Source: Promethearchaeota archaeon (GTDB taxonomy: Archaea; Asgardarchaeota; Lokiarchaeia; Sigyniarchaeales; SOKP01). Taken from it: DNA of 64,000 nucleotides. Shown one piece after another: positions 41,924 to 52,282 of this stretch. Location: positions 62,761 through 126,760 of the forward strand of contig JAHPZE010000010.1 in NCBI GenBank assembly GCA_019058365.1. Direction: 5' to 3'. Positions within the stretch are counted from its first letter, which is position 1. Every line of letters begins with the position of its first letter. A program made the translations under genes and the position numbers. The notes beneath the pieces were generated by a model. The model ran no database searches. It was not told where the DNA came from and worked only from the letters and a program-made list of their open reading frames with translations.

Positions 41924-42754
41924 ATCCTTAATAAAAACTTCTGGAAGACAGAGTTTATAATCATCAAAAATAAGACAATTTTCTAAATATCAGTCAGCAA
42001 TAATATTAACAAGTACAAAATTGTTTTTCTCAAATGAATCAAGACAAGCACTTATATCTTGATTTAATATGGTAATTGCTAATTCTATATTTTTGTCGTT
42101 CATAAAATCTTTCATATATTATTATTTAAAATAATTCTACTTAATATATTAAAATATTTCAAATTTTTTTTTTTACTTTTTATTCTCTTTATCTTTTCTT
42201 TGAACTAAATTTTTAATTTTATTGTATATTCTTAAGGAAAATTATCATTGTCTCTATAAATCTCATATTCTCTTTTTATATTAATTAGAATATATCGTTG
42301 ATTCTTGAAGAATAATTCAAAGAGAATCATAATTAGTGTCCTTATTGTGAAATAAAAATCAAAATTTAATAAAAAAACCAATAGGTGTAATAATATGCAT
42401 AGAAATTCTACATATAAAAGGCCAAAAATTGTATTTGAATTTCATTTATTAATTATAAATGATTTGGAGGTCTAAAAAATTAACAAGTCCACCGAACTAC
42501 CGAACCGAACTAGTGAACTCTACCTTTAAAAAGGATTCTTTTTTATATTATAACAATCTATTAAAAATTTAAAACCATCTTATGCTCTAACAATAGGTTA
42601 CTTCAACTAATTTTTAATTTTAAAATGATTTAATTCAAATTTTAAATGAAATTCACTTCATTATCAAAAAGATACTTTAAAATAGATAAAGAAATAATTC
42701 TCATATATTAAAAAATATTAACTTAAAAAATTAATTTGAGTATTGTGATAGAAA

Positions 42755-43660
42755 ATGACAGTAAATTATAAGGAAATATGTAAAAATATATTTTCTGAAA
42801 CAGAATTTATTGAAAATTCATTACTAGGAATTGGAGTTATTCAAGATGGTAGCATCATTTATGCAAATAACACAGTTCTAAAACATTTTGGATATTCTTT
42901 TGATGATATTCAAGAAAAAAATTTCTGGATGAAGGTAATACATCCTAATGATTTACCTATAGTTAAAAGAAAAATTGAATTTAAACTAAAAGAGAAGATA
43001 TACAACACAACAAGATATAAATGTCGAATTCTATTAAAATCAGGTGAATCCAAATGGATTGAAGTGTTTTCAAAAAATTTTTATCACAATGATAGAATAG
43101 CAATCCTATTCACCATTATCGAAATTCCTGAACCAACTCCTTTAATTGAAATTTCTACAATTGATATGGCAAAGCTTAATGTAATGGAAGAATTATTAAA
43201 AAGATTTAAAATCGCATATCGTATTTTAAAAACAGGAGATTTCCAAAAGGATTTAGAAGAGAAGTTATTAAAAGAAAAAATTGCTTTTAAAGATGCAGAC
43301 CAAAAGTTCAACCACTTGTTTGAAACATCTCCATCTTCAATTATATTACTCAATTTTGAAGGAAGAATAATTGAATGTAACTGTACAACTGAAAATTTAT
43401 TTAATTATAAAAAAGACGAGTTAATTGGAAAAAAGTTTCTCGAATTTATCAATTTCCCACCTAATTCCCTTTCTATACTTGAAGATGTGTATGAACACCT
43501 AACAAAAGGAGAAAAATTATTACCCATTGAAACTCAGTGCTTTACAAAAGAAGGGAGAACAATTTGGGTTAAATTGTCTAACACATTAGTCAGGTTGTAT
43601 AATGAAATATTAATTCAAGTTATAATTCAAGATATTACTCAAATAAAATTAAATAAATAA
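42755..43660 (+). CDS. Tandem PAS-PAS protein without kinase output
   Basis: FGYS and IHPND; LFETSP, LFNYKKDELIGK and IQDIT. Confidence 0.85.
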   Translation: MTVNYKEICKNIFSETEFIENSLLGIGVIQDGSIIYANNTVLKHFGYSFDDIQEKNFWMKVIHPNDLPIVKRKIEFKLKEKIYNTTRYKCRILLKSGESKWIEVFSKNFYHNDRIAILFTIIEIPEPTPLIEISTIDMAKLNVMEELLKRFKIAYRILKTGDFQKDLEEKLLKEKIAFKDADQKFNHLFETSPSSIILLNFEGRIIECNCTTENLFNYKKDELIGKKFLEFINFPPNSLSILEDVYEHLTKGEKLLPIETQCFTKEGRTIWVKLSNTLVRLYNEILIQVIIQDITQIKLNK

Positions 43661-43992
43661 ATTTTGAGTCTCCCTTCTTTAGCTAGGTTGCCAAATTGTG
43701 ATAACATTTTAACAGATTCTTCTACTTTTTCAAAATTTGGAAAAAGAATAATAAAATGAACTTTTTTGATTTTTAAATTGTTTTTCCAAATAGCCTATGG
43801 ACAAAATCCCCATATTCTGTTTATTATATAATCTACAATTCATCAGACTTCATTACAGAAATAAATAATTCAATATCTATTTTACTCAATTTTACTCCCT
43901 CTTTAGATTTTCCTTCATATATATATAATATCTGCTATAAATAATAGAACATAATACTATAAAATTATTGCCTTTAACCAATATGGAAATTA

Positions 43993-44304
43993 TTCTACAG
44001 ATTGTATTCAGGTAAAAGTTGCATTTCCTCCTATATCAGAATCAGATGATAAGGATGATTATGTATTTCCTTTTGAAATTATGATATATATCATATTTTC
44101 CCTTTTTTAGGGATCTTAATTGTTTTCTATACAAAATTTAAAAAATAAGAAGAGAATATGGGCATTAACAAAAATTTTAAGTTATTAAGAAAAAATGGAA
44201 ACATAGAGAATATTAAAATAAAATTTTCATGGTCATTATCATTTATTTAGTGAATTTCATTATAAGTCAAAATGAACATATGATGCAATTTTTTAGCTCC
44301 TATA
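43993..44304 (+). repeat. Direct repeat, left flank of the SMC cassette
   Basis: Matches 48037-48351; last 103 bp (44202-44304) identical; includes the 3' end of a decayed TM-anchored surface-protein gene. Confidence 0.92.
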
Positions 44305-44326
44305 CCCGATATCTTAATTAGACAAT

Positions 44327-46231
44327 TCATAATTTATATTTCTTAATACTTGGAAGAGATATTATATTTATATCTTCTGAAGTTACATATTGGCGTGTGA
44401 GAGATTCTTCAAATGTTGTAATAATTAATTGACTTATTAACCCTTTTTTATGGATGTCGATTAAATAATTAATTATATTAATTCTATTCTCCAAATTGAG
44501 ATGTTCTAAAGGCTCATCTAAGATAAGAAAAGGTATTTTTGTATATTTCCTTAAAAGTAGAGTTTTTATTAGTATCATTAAAATCATTTTCTCACCAGCA
44601 CTCACATTTGTAAAAGGTATTTCGCTACTTGATTTTTTAAAATAAGGATAATATTTATTATCAATCGAAAGAATTCTCTCCTCATATGGAAAAAAAGCTT
44701 CCCAGATCTCTTGAATATCTATAATTAAATTGTTTAAATTAATATTCCTCTGGTTTTCTAAGACTTCATCTAGAGCATTTATTGTTATATCGCAAATAAG
44801 AGAACCTTTTATACTCTCCTTATACTTTTTCTCATATTTCAATGCATCTTTGACTTTTTCAGCAGCTTTATACTCTCTGAGAGATTGTTCAACATCCAAT
44901 AATTTCTGTTCTTTCTCATCTTGTTCTTTTCTGAGCACCATTACTCTCTGTTCTCCTAATTCTATTTTTTTATCTATTTCTTTTATTGAATTTCTGATTC
45001 TCTTTAGTCTATTTTCATCGATATTAGAAAGTATTTCTAATGAATTAAGCACTTCTTCAAGAGATTTGACTTTATTTTTTAATGATCTTAAATTAGTCTC
45101 TTTCTTTTGAATAGTCTCCTGATTATTTTGGATTTCTTCTTCTAATTTAGAAATCTCATTAACATTATCTTCATGAATTTTAATAAATTCATCTTTCCGC
45201 AAGGACTTTTTGCATAATGGGCAAAAAACCTTTATATCTACTTGAAAATTTATTTCCAACTTATTAATAATTTCTTTAATTTCATTTCTTTCAGCTAATT
45301 TAATATTATTCTGCATTTTCTGCTCTTTTAATTGTTGGATATTACTCTCGATTAATTCTATCTCATCAATAAATCCTTTATTTTTATTGCAGATTTGATT
45401 AATATTATTGATTAATTGTTGTAAATTTAACTGTTTAAATCCTATTTCTGAAAATAATTCTGTAGTTTGTTCATACAATTCTTTTATTTTCGAAGATGCT
45501 TTATTATAATCATAATTCTCACTAAAATCAATATCTTTAGTTTTTCTAAAATCTGATAACTCATGTTCCATTCTATTCTTTTCATTCCTAATAGAATCTA
45601 GCCTTTGCTTTAAAACCTCCCTTTTTTTCTCCAGTTCAAATTTATCTCCAATATCCTCCTTCAATTCAAATTTTTTAAGAGTTTCTATTAACTTTCTATT
45701 ATCATCTCGTTTATTATTAAAAATTTTTTTTAAATCTTTTATTAAATTTTTAAAGTCATTAATCTTACCAATCCCTATTAATTGTTCTAAATAATTTAAT
45801 AGTTGGTTTTGATTTAATTTAAGGAATTTATAAGTTTCACCTTCAGAAGAATATAGAATATTTTCAAGAAATACTTTATCTGAGTTAAAAATCTTTTCAA
45901 TAAACTCAAGAATCGAGTCTTCAGTTGTAAGTTCTATATCTTTTCCTACTAATTTTGATTTTGAGACTCCATTAAATTCTCTTGTAATCTGATATTGGTT
46001 ATTATTTTGCTTGAAATTCAGAATTACTTTTGTTCCTTCAGGAGAATCAATATTGATGAACTCTTTTTTATCTTTAGTTCTAACACGTCCAATCAAACCA
46101 AATATTATTGCTTCCAATACAGCAGTTTTTCCAATTCCATTAAAACCTATAATAAAATTTACACCTTCTTTAAAAGTCAAGGGTAAATTAAAATGACATT
46201 TCCAATTTTTGAGAGTAATTTTATTTATCAA
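44327..46231 (-). CDS. Short Rad50/SbcC-like SMC ATPase
   Basis: Walker A GFNGIGKT, coiled coils with CPLC zinc hook, VSAGEK signature, LILDEP Walker B. Confidence 0.9.
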   Translation of the reverse strand: MINKITLKNWKCHFNLPLTFKEGVNFIIGFNGIGKTAVLEAIIFGLIGRVRTKDKKEFINIDSPEGTKVILNFKQNNNQYQITREFNGVSKSKLVGKDIELTTEDSILEFIEKIFNSDKVFLENILYSSEGETYKFLKLNQNQLLNYLEQLIGIGKINDFKNLIKDLKKIFNNKRDDNRKLIETLKKFELKEDIGDKFELEKKREVLKQRLDSIRNEKNRMEHELSDFRKTKDIDFSENYDYNKASSKIKELYEQTTELFSEIGFKQLNLQQLINNINQICNKNKGFIDEIELIESNIQQLKEQKMQNNIKLAERNEIKEIINKLEINFQVDIKVFCPLCKKSLRKDEFIKIHEDNVNEISKLEEEIQNNQETIQKKETNLRSLKNKVKSLEEVLNSLEILSNIDENRLKRIRNSIKEIDKKIELGEQRVMVLRKEQDEKEQKLLDVEQSLREYKAAEKVKDALKYEKKYKESIKGSLICDITINALDEVLENQRNINLNNLIIDIQEIWEAFFPYEERILSIDNKYYPYFKKSSSEIPFTNVSAGEKMILMILIKTLLLRKYTKIPFLILDEPLEHLNLENRINIINYLIDIHKKGLISQLIITTFEESLTRQYVTSEDINIISLPSIKKYKL

Positions 46232-46982
46232 GTTTTTCCTCTTTATATACTTTTAATTTCCTAATTATTTCATCTATATCTGTAATATCAATTTCTTCTT
46301 TCATATATTCATTAAAAAGAAAATAAACAGGTTTGATGTCTTCCTTAACCAACTTTTCCATGACTTCTTTTTTATCCCCACGAAATGATCTTGATTTGTA
46401 ATACATGAATTTATCTTTTAAGCTTTGATTAAAATCCTCTAGTATTTTAGGCTTCTCTATTTCTTTAATATCTTTAATTGGGGCTTTAATTACCTTAAAG
46501 AATCTTTCTCTTAATTCTACTTCATGTTTTATTATATCATTTAGAGGTTGACGCTCTTTTTGTACAGTCTTTAGGATTTCGTCATTGTCTTTATATAATT
46601 GTTCTTTCTCTAATTTAACTGCGTTTAATTGTCCATCATTCCATACAATTATAATTCCTAATTGAGAGGGATTCTCTAAAAAGATACTCTTATATTCCTC
46701 TAATTCTTCTACTGTTAAATTATTTTCTTCAGTATTGATAACAAAAAGTAGGAATTCCCTAGAATTAATCAATATTATAAAAGTAAATGGTAAAATTTTA
46801 AATGATTTAGAGAAATCTTGAGGAGGATTAACTTCTTTAACTTTTAAATTTTTATTTGATCTTAAGAAATCATCTAATTTTCTAAAAAAAATAATAAATT
46901 TATTCATTTCCTCATAATCATCTATGAAATATCCCTCTAAATTAATAAGCTCATCTGGATATTCCGAATCTTTTTCCCCCAT
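46221..46982 (-). CDS. Unknown protein translationally coupled to the SMC gene; possible degenerate restriction-endonuclease fold
   Basis: Overlaps both neighbours; PFTFIILINSREFLLFV..GIIIVW alpha/beta pattern. Confidence 0.5.
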   Translation of the reverse strand: MGEKDSEYPDELINLEGYFIDDYEEMNKFIIFFRKLDDFLRSNKNLKVKEVNPPQDFSKSFKILPFTFIILINSREFLLFVINTEENNLTVEELEEYKSIFLENPSQLGIIIVWNDGQLNAVKLEKEQLYKDNDEILKTVQKERQPLNDIIKHEVELRERFFKVIKAPIKDIKEIEKPKILEDFNQSLKDKFMYYKSRSFRGDKKEVMEKLVKEDIKPVYFLFNEYMKEEIDITDIDEIIRKLKVYKEEKLDK

Positions 46983-47886
46983 TATGCTTCAACCCTCTTT
47001 TTTCCATTTAAATCTTTTTCGCCTTTTACTTTAGGATATACTCTCTGAAGCCATTTATAGTGTGCCAGACATTTCTGAATTCTCATTCTTTCATTTCCAA
47101 TCTTAAGTTCTTTTTTAAATAAAAATTCATCAAATTCTTGGATTTTTTGAAATTTACAACATTTAAAAATAGTTGTCAGGTACGAGACAGCAGTGATAGG
47201 TATAATATTAAAATTGGTATACTTCATACAAGATAATTCAATCTCACCAATATCTTTTTGATAATTAATAAAATCATATAAACTAACATCATCTGTAACT
47301 AATAAAAACTTATGATCTGGATTTATTTTCATTCCTTCAAGTGCTAATAAAAATAATGAGAGATCTGGTTCTTCAATTTCCCTTTTTTTTTTTTTATTGT
47401 ATATTGATCAGCAATAACCTTTAATTCATCAAGTCTTTTTTTGTCAACAGAATTATAATTAAGATATTTTTTATACTCTGCTTTAATCTTATTCTTATTT
47501 TCAATAAGATAGCGTTTAGCAGTCTGATTCTCTAATTTTAATAAAAATTTTACCTTTTTATAAATAGTCTCGTTGAACTCTTTATCATATACTGATTTCG
47601 AACAAAAGAATTTATCTCCTTCACAACATTCACAGACCATTTTTAATAGATGGCTGAAAATCTTAAAAAAATCTTTAAAATCGAGTTGCTTTTTTAAATT
47701 AGTGCAAAAATTCAAAAAATTAATTAGGAAATTGGAATCACATATAGTATATCTTTTATTTTCACATTTCTCATTAACTCTATCACAAAAACTCATAAAA
47801 AGACTCTGATTCTTATCTTTATTATAAAATTTCTTCTCTATAAAGATTAATGTATAATTTTTATTTAAATTTAGACTATTCTGCAT
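46982..47886 (-). CDS. PIN-like nuclease split by a frameshift in an A13 run (47383-47395)
   Basis: ICDSNFL, VYDKEF; the -1 frame gives EIEEPDLSLFLLALE..LLVTDD, completing the PIN acidic residues. Confidence 0.65.
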
Positions 47887-48036
47887 TGCACATCCCTTGG
47901 CTTCTTGGTTACTTTTATATCATTTAAAGACATAGAGTAGTACAATTTTATAGAAAATATTAGAATCTTAAATAATTTTTTATTAAATATTGAAAAACCA
48001 TGTAAAATGTATTTTAAGACTTTATTGAATCCTTAT

Positions 48037-48351
48037 TTCTACAGACTGCATTCAAGTAAAAGTTACATTTCCTCATATATCAGAATTAAAAGATAAGGAA
48101 GATAATGTATTCCCTTATTGAAATTGTGATATATATAATATTTTTCGCTCTTTCAGGGATTGTAATTGTTTTCTATGCAAAACTTAAAAAATAAGAAGAG
48201 AATATGGGCATTAACAAAAATTTTAAGATATTAAGAAAAAATGGAAATCATAGAGAATATTAAAATAAAATTTTCATGGTCATTATCATTTATTTAGTGA
48301 ATTTCATTATAAGTCAAAATGAACATATGATGCAATTTTTTAGCTCCTATA
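48037..48351 (+). repeat. Direct repeat, right flank of the SMC cassette
   Basis: See 43993-44304; similarity ends abruptly after TAGCTCCTATA. Confidence 0.92.
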
Positions 48352-48397
48352 AGAGCAATTGCATAATTTTATAATAATTATATAACTTTCTAATAAT

Positions 48398-48892
48398 ATG
48401 ACTGAACAAACTAGCCTCGATGAAATTTCCGAATTAGATTTTGAAATCATAAAGAAATTAAGTATAGATGGAAGAATCTCGCATAGACAACTTGCTAAAG
48501 ATTTGGGTAATAAATCCCCTGTAACAATTAAAAATCACGTTGAGAATTTGGAAAATCTGGGTATTATCATAAATTATGGAGCCAAGATTAATTATGAAAA
48601 GTTAGGGTATGGAATCATGGGTATTATCGAAGTAACAATTTCTAAAGGAAAAATGTTTGAAGTAGAAGAAAAGATCGCTGAGAATCCTAACGTTTTTGGG
48701 GTTTATGATATTACAGGAACTTATGATGCCCTCATATTAGCAAGATTTAAAACACGAGAAGAACTAAGTAAAATGATAAAAGAAATTCATAAATCTCCTA
48801 ATGTAGAGCGTACTAATACCCATTTTGTATTAAATACCATTAAAGAGGCTAGTTCTTTTGTCACTTTAATAGAAAAAGGTGAAACGAAATAA
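48398..48892 (+). CDS. Lrp/AsnC family regulator
   Basis: LDFEII..DGRIS..LA HTH; VYDITGTYD RAM domain. Confidence 0.92.
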   Translation: MTEQTSLDEISELDFEIIKKLSIDGRISHRQLAKDLGNKSPVTIKNHVENLENLGIIINYGAKINYEKLGYGIMGIIEVTISKGKMFEVEEKIAENPNVFGVYDITGTYDALILARFKTREELSKMIKEIHKSPNVERTNTHFVLNTIKEASSFVTLIEKGETK

Positions 48893-49222
48893 ATTAACAT
48901 ACACTTCGTTAAAAGAAAGATTTTTTCCATTAATCTACTATTTTATTTCTTATTTGAGAAAAAGATCTTTATATAATTTTTCTGAATATTGTGAATTAGG
49001 TGTTTTGAGTTCATTTTTTGTTTGTTTAGTTATTTAGATGTATTTTATAACATTGTTTAGTCTTGAGAAACAAAAGTAATTGATTTTTATAAGAGTCTTC
49101 ACAAATATTAAGAAAAACTGAATGATTGTTTAGATCCAATATTTAAAGTTTACAGAAATGTTTAGATTCTTAACCGATAAATTTATAAATGTATATAATT
49201 TTATATAATATAAATAAAAAAT

Positions 49223-49236
49223 GGGAACTATTTCCC
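49223..49236. promoter_or_regulatory. Palindrome GGGAA-CTAT-TTCCC
   Basis: Also found at 50505 and 55961, each ~40 nt after a TATA-like box. Confidence 0.55.
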
Positions 49237-49302
49237 GCATCCATAAAATAATTAACAAATAAGGAGGTTAATAGTTAAAATTACCAAAAATTACAATTTA
49301 AT

Positions 49303-49524
49303 GTGATTATCATGACTTTACAAAAAATGTATCGAACATATGAGCAAATATGTTTGGACAAATTAAAAGAAATAGGAAATTCTTCAGGTGCAGAATGGTC
49401 AATGGCAATGGGTTATAGTAGTCCTAATGGTTTGATTAAAGTAATAAAAAGAATTCAAAAAACAATGCCAGATAAGTTAAAAGTGGAGAATGAGAAAAAA
49501 CCACGACGATATGAAGCGATTTAG
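49303..49524 (+). CDS. Small wHTH-like protein
   Basis: Helix-turn-helix-wing pattern ending KPRRY. Confidence 0.5.
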   Translation: MIIMTLQKMYRTYEQICLDKLKEIGNSSGAEWSMAMGYSSPNGLIKVIKRIQKTMPDKLKVENEKKPRRYEAI

Positions 49525-49553
49525 TATAAAATTAAATATGAGGGAAGAAATTA

Positions 49554-49847
49554 ATGATAAAATGTCTTAATTGTGGAGAAGAATTTTCATATGGCAGGAA
49601 AATTTCTTGCTGTAATTCCACATATTTCGGTATGATATTTAATGAACACAAAAAGAATCATAAATGGAATTGCTATACTATTATGACTAGTAATAACTCT
49701 TATGAATCATTCGCAGAAGATTTTCCAGAAACAAGAATTGTTGATTATGAACATTTCATTGATTATAATTGGAATTGCGAAACTTCTATGAGGCTTAAAA
49801 TCCAAAAAGATTTGCTAGAAAGAGATTATGTTCTACTCTATGAATAA
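49554..49847 (+). CDS. Small Cys-containing zinc-ribbon-like protein
   Basis: CLNC..CC; WNC motif occurs twice. Confidence 0.5.
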   Translation: MIKCLNCGEEFSYGRKISCCNSTYFGMIFNEHKKNHKWNCYTIMTSNNSYESFAEDFPETRIVDYEHFIDYNWNCETSMRLKIQKDLLERDYVLLYE

Positions 49848-50072
49848 AAAATTTGGAGGTGGATAACAAGAAAAATAGGTAAAGACTTAAATAAGATTTG
49901 GAGAATAGGTGGATGGATTGACCTTCCAGAGTTTTCATAAACGGAAAGCAGTGATTCTAATAAATGAAGGATCAACTCCTACACCTCAAATAAATTTAAA
50001 AAAACATTACATACCCATATTCCTTCAACTCAAACCCATAGGACATTGCGAATAAAATGCCATTTGTTCACT

Positions 50073-50112
50073 ACTCTTGCCATGGAATTTCCCTACTTTC
50101 CATGGCAAGAGT
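50073..50112. terminator. Perfect 15-bp inverted repeat (hairpin)
   Basis: ACTCTTGCCATGGAA, 10-nt loop, TTCCATGGCAAGAGT; function uncertain. Confidence 0.45.
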
Positions 50113-50504
50113 TCCACTTCAAATAATTGATTAATAACCTTTTTATTTTTCTCATAGAAAAGAACTTTAAATAATTAAATCTAACATCTCTTGACATTTT
50201 TCAGTAATGTCTAATCTTATGTTTTATATAAAAATTTCACTAAAGAGAAGATCCATTGCTAATTTCATCTAATATTTACGTTTATAAATTTAAAATTTGT
50301 TCAGCAAAAAACACTAAGTTTTAATACTAGTTAATATAAATAAAAAATTCTTTCATCGAATTGCATTAAAATCTTTAGAATGTTCATGCTTTTTCTTTAA
50401 CTTCTAAAAAAATATATTAAAAAATTTGCAAAAAATTATATAATTGTTTAATTAATTACCCTAAAATTTATAAATAACGTTGATGAAATATTATCAAATA
50501 GAAT

Positions 50505-50518
50505 GGGATTTATTTCCC
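50505..50518. promoter_or_regulatory. Palindrome GGGAT-TTAT-TTCCC upstream of the glutamate synthase-family gene
   Basis: Repeated motif. Confidence 0.55.
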
Positions 50519-50561
50519 CTAAAAATTAAATTAATAATAAAAATTTGAGTGTATAATAAAA

Positions 50562-52208
50562 ATGACGAAATTTTCGATGGTTACCCATCAATCAAGTCTG
50601 ATTGGGTCTAGAACAAGAGTAGAAGATTCATGTGAGAGTGGGTTATGTCCAATCTGTATAGCAGATTGTCCTATTTTTTGTGAGGTTTCGAAGTCTGCTC
50701 TCAGAGGTCGAGAAGTGCTATATCCCCAAAGGGAATATTTTGGAAACTCTACAGCTGGATCACCAAAAGATTTTGGATTTTCGTATGGTGATTTTCAAAT
50801 TCAGTTTGAAGTTCGAGGGGCTCAAGGGATTGAACCTCATGAAGATAAGGTTATCTTTCCTAATGTTAATCTAACAACTAAATGGGGAAACATTAAACAG
50901 AAGTATCCTATTGTTATAGCAGGATTAGGTAGCACTTATGTGGCAAAGCGAAATTGGGAAGGATTAGCGAAGGGAGCAGCATTAGCAGGTTTAAGTATAA
51001 CAGTTGGGGAAAACGTCGTAGGAATGGATCCCTATGCTAGATTTGCAAATCATAGCGTATACCCAAAAGTTATTGATACCCAGGATATGAAATTTAGAAT
51101 TGAGACATATAGAGAATTATGGGATGGTAAGTATGGTGATGTCATTGTACAGAAAAATGTTGAGGATACTCGATTAGGAGTTTTTGATTATGTAATGTCA
51201 AAATTAGAAGTGAAGTCGCTTGAAATTAAATTTGGTCAAGGGGCAAAAGCAATTGGTGGTGAAGTAAGATTAGAATCTTTAGAGAGAGCACAGTTATTGC
51301 AAAATAGAGGATATTTAGTATTTCCAGATCCAACTGATCCTAGAATTATTGAACAATGGAAGGAAGGTTTGATTCCAGATTTTGAAAGACACAGTAGAGT
51401 GGGATTATCAACTACTAACGATGTTTTAGAAGAAATTGATCAAATACGTTCAAGTGGAGCTAAAAATATTTTTATAAAAACAGGAGCTTATAGACCAGCA
51501 GCTACAGCTTGGATTCTACGACTAGGTGTTGAAGGGAAGGTAGATGGAATGACTTTTGATGGAGCTGGTGGAGGTACCGGTATGAGCCCTGTAAGTATGA
51601 TGAATGAAGGATCAATTCCCACAGCCTATTTAGAAGCTCTAGTAGTTGGCTGTTTAGATCTGATTAAAGAAAGAAAACCAAGTACAGTTATTCCCACTAT
51701 AGCTATTGCTGGAGGGATTGCCAATGAAACTCAAATATTTAAAGCACTAGCTATGGGCGCACCATATGTTAAATGTATCGCCATGGCAAGGGCTCCTATC
51801 ACTGCTGCAATGAAAGCAAAATATATGGGTGAAGTTATTAAAAAAAACCAAGCTACACCCGCAATACTAAGAAATTTAGGGATTCCAAAGGATAAAAATC
51901 CTAAGACCTTGACACTTAATGAGGCTTTTGTTGAGTATGATAATTTACACAGAATTCACAATGGAAAAAAAATCCTTCCTTCGGTAGTCGGAGTATATAC
52001 ATATTTAGCTAGTAAATTAGGTATTGGTTTAAAACAATTACTAGCGGGAGTAAGAAAATTTAAATTGGATTTAATTGATCGCCATGATATTGTGTATATA
52101 TCTCAAAGAGCAAAAGATGTATGTGAAAAGTGGAATTTAGGGATAGAATCTCAAGAATCCCTCGACTACGAGTCAATAAAGAGTGAAATTTATTACGGAA
52201 ATTATTAA
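50562..52208 (+). CDS. FMN-binding glutamate synthase family protein
   Basis: EIKFGQGAKAIGGE, DGAGGGTG, IAGG and KALAMGA motifs. Confidence 0.9.
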   Translation: MTKFSMVTHQSSLIGSRTRVEDSCESGLCPICIADCPIFCEVSKSALRGREVLYPQREYFGNSTAGSPKDFGFSYGDFQIQFEVRGAQGIEPHEDKVIFPNVNLTTKWGNIKQKYPIVIAGLGSTYVAKRNWEGLAKGAALAGLSITVGENVVGMDPYARFANHSVYPKVIDTQDMKFRIETYRELWDGKYGDVIVQKNVEDTRLGVFDYVMSKLEVKSLEIKFGQGAKAIGGEVRLESLERAQLLQNRGYLVFPDPTDPRIIEQWKEGLIPDFERHSRVGLSTTNDVLEEIDQIRSSGAKNIFIKTGAYRPAATAWILRLGVEGKVDGMTFDGAGGGTGMSPVSMMNEGSIPTAYLEALVVGCLDLIKERKPSTVIPTIAIAGGIANETQIFKALAMGAPYVKCIAMARAPITAAMKAKYMGEVIKKNQATPAILRNLGIPKDKNPKTLTLNEAFVEYDNLHRIHNGKKILPSVVGVYTYLASKLGIGLKQLLAGVRKFKLDLIDRHDIVYISQRAKDVCEKWNLGIESQESLDYESIKSEIYYGNY

Positions 52209-52282
52209 TACCTTTCATTTTCAGCAATTTATTCAAAAAAAGAATAAAGTTTAGAAAGTATATACAGAGGTGTTAACTTTTT

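Noticed and set aside
42491-42518. Short ACCGAACT direct repeats as iterons
   Set aside because: Only 3-4 imperfect, irregularly spaced copies and no Rep gene
44327-46231. Canonical rad50 repair gene
   Set aside because: No mre11/herA/nurA nearby, short coiled coil, and flanked by direct repeats
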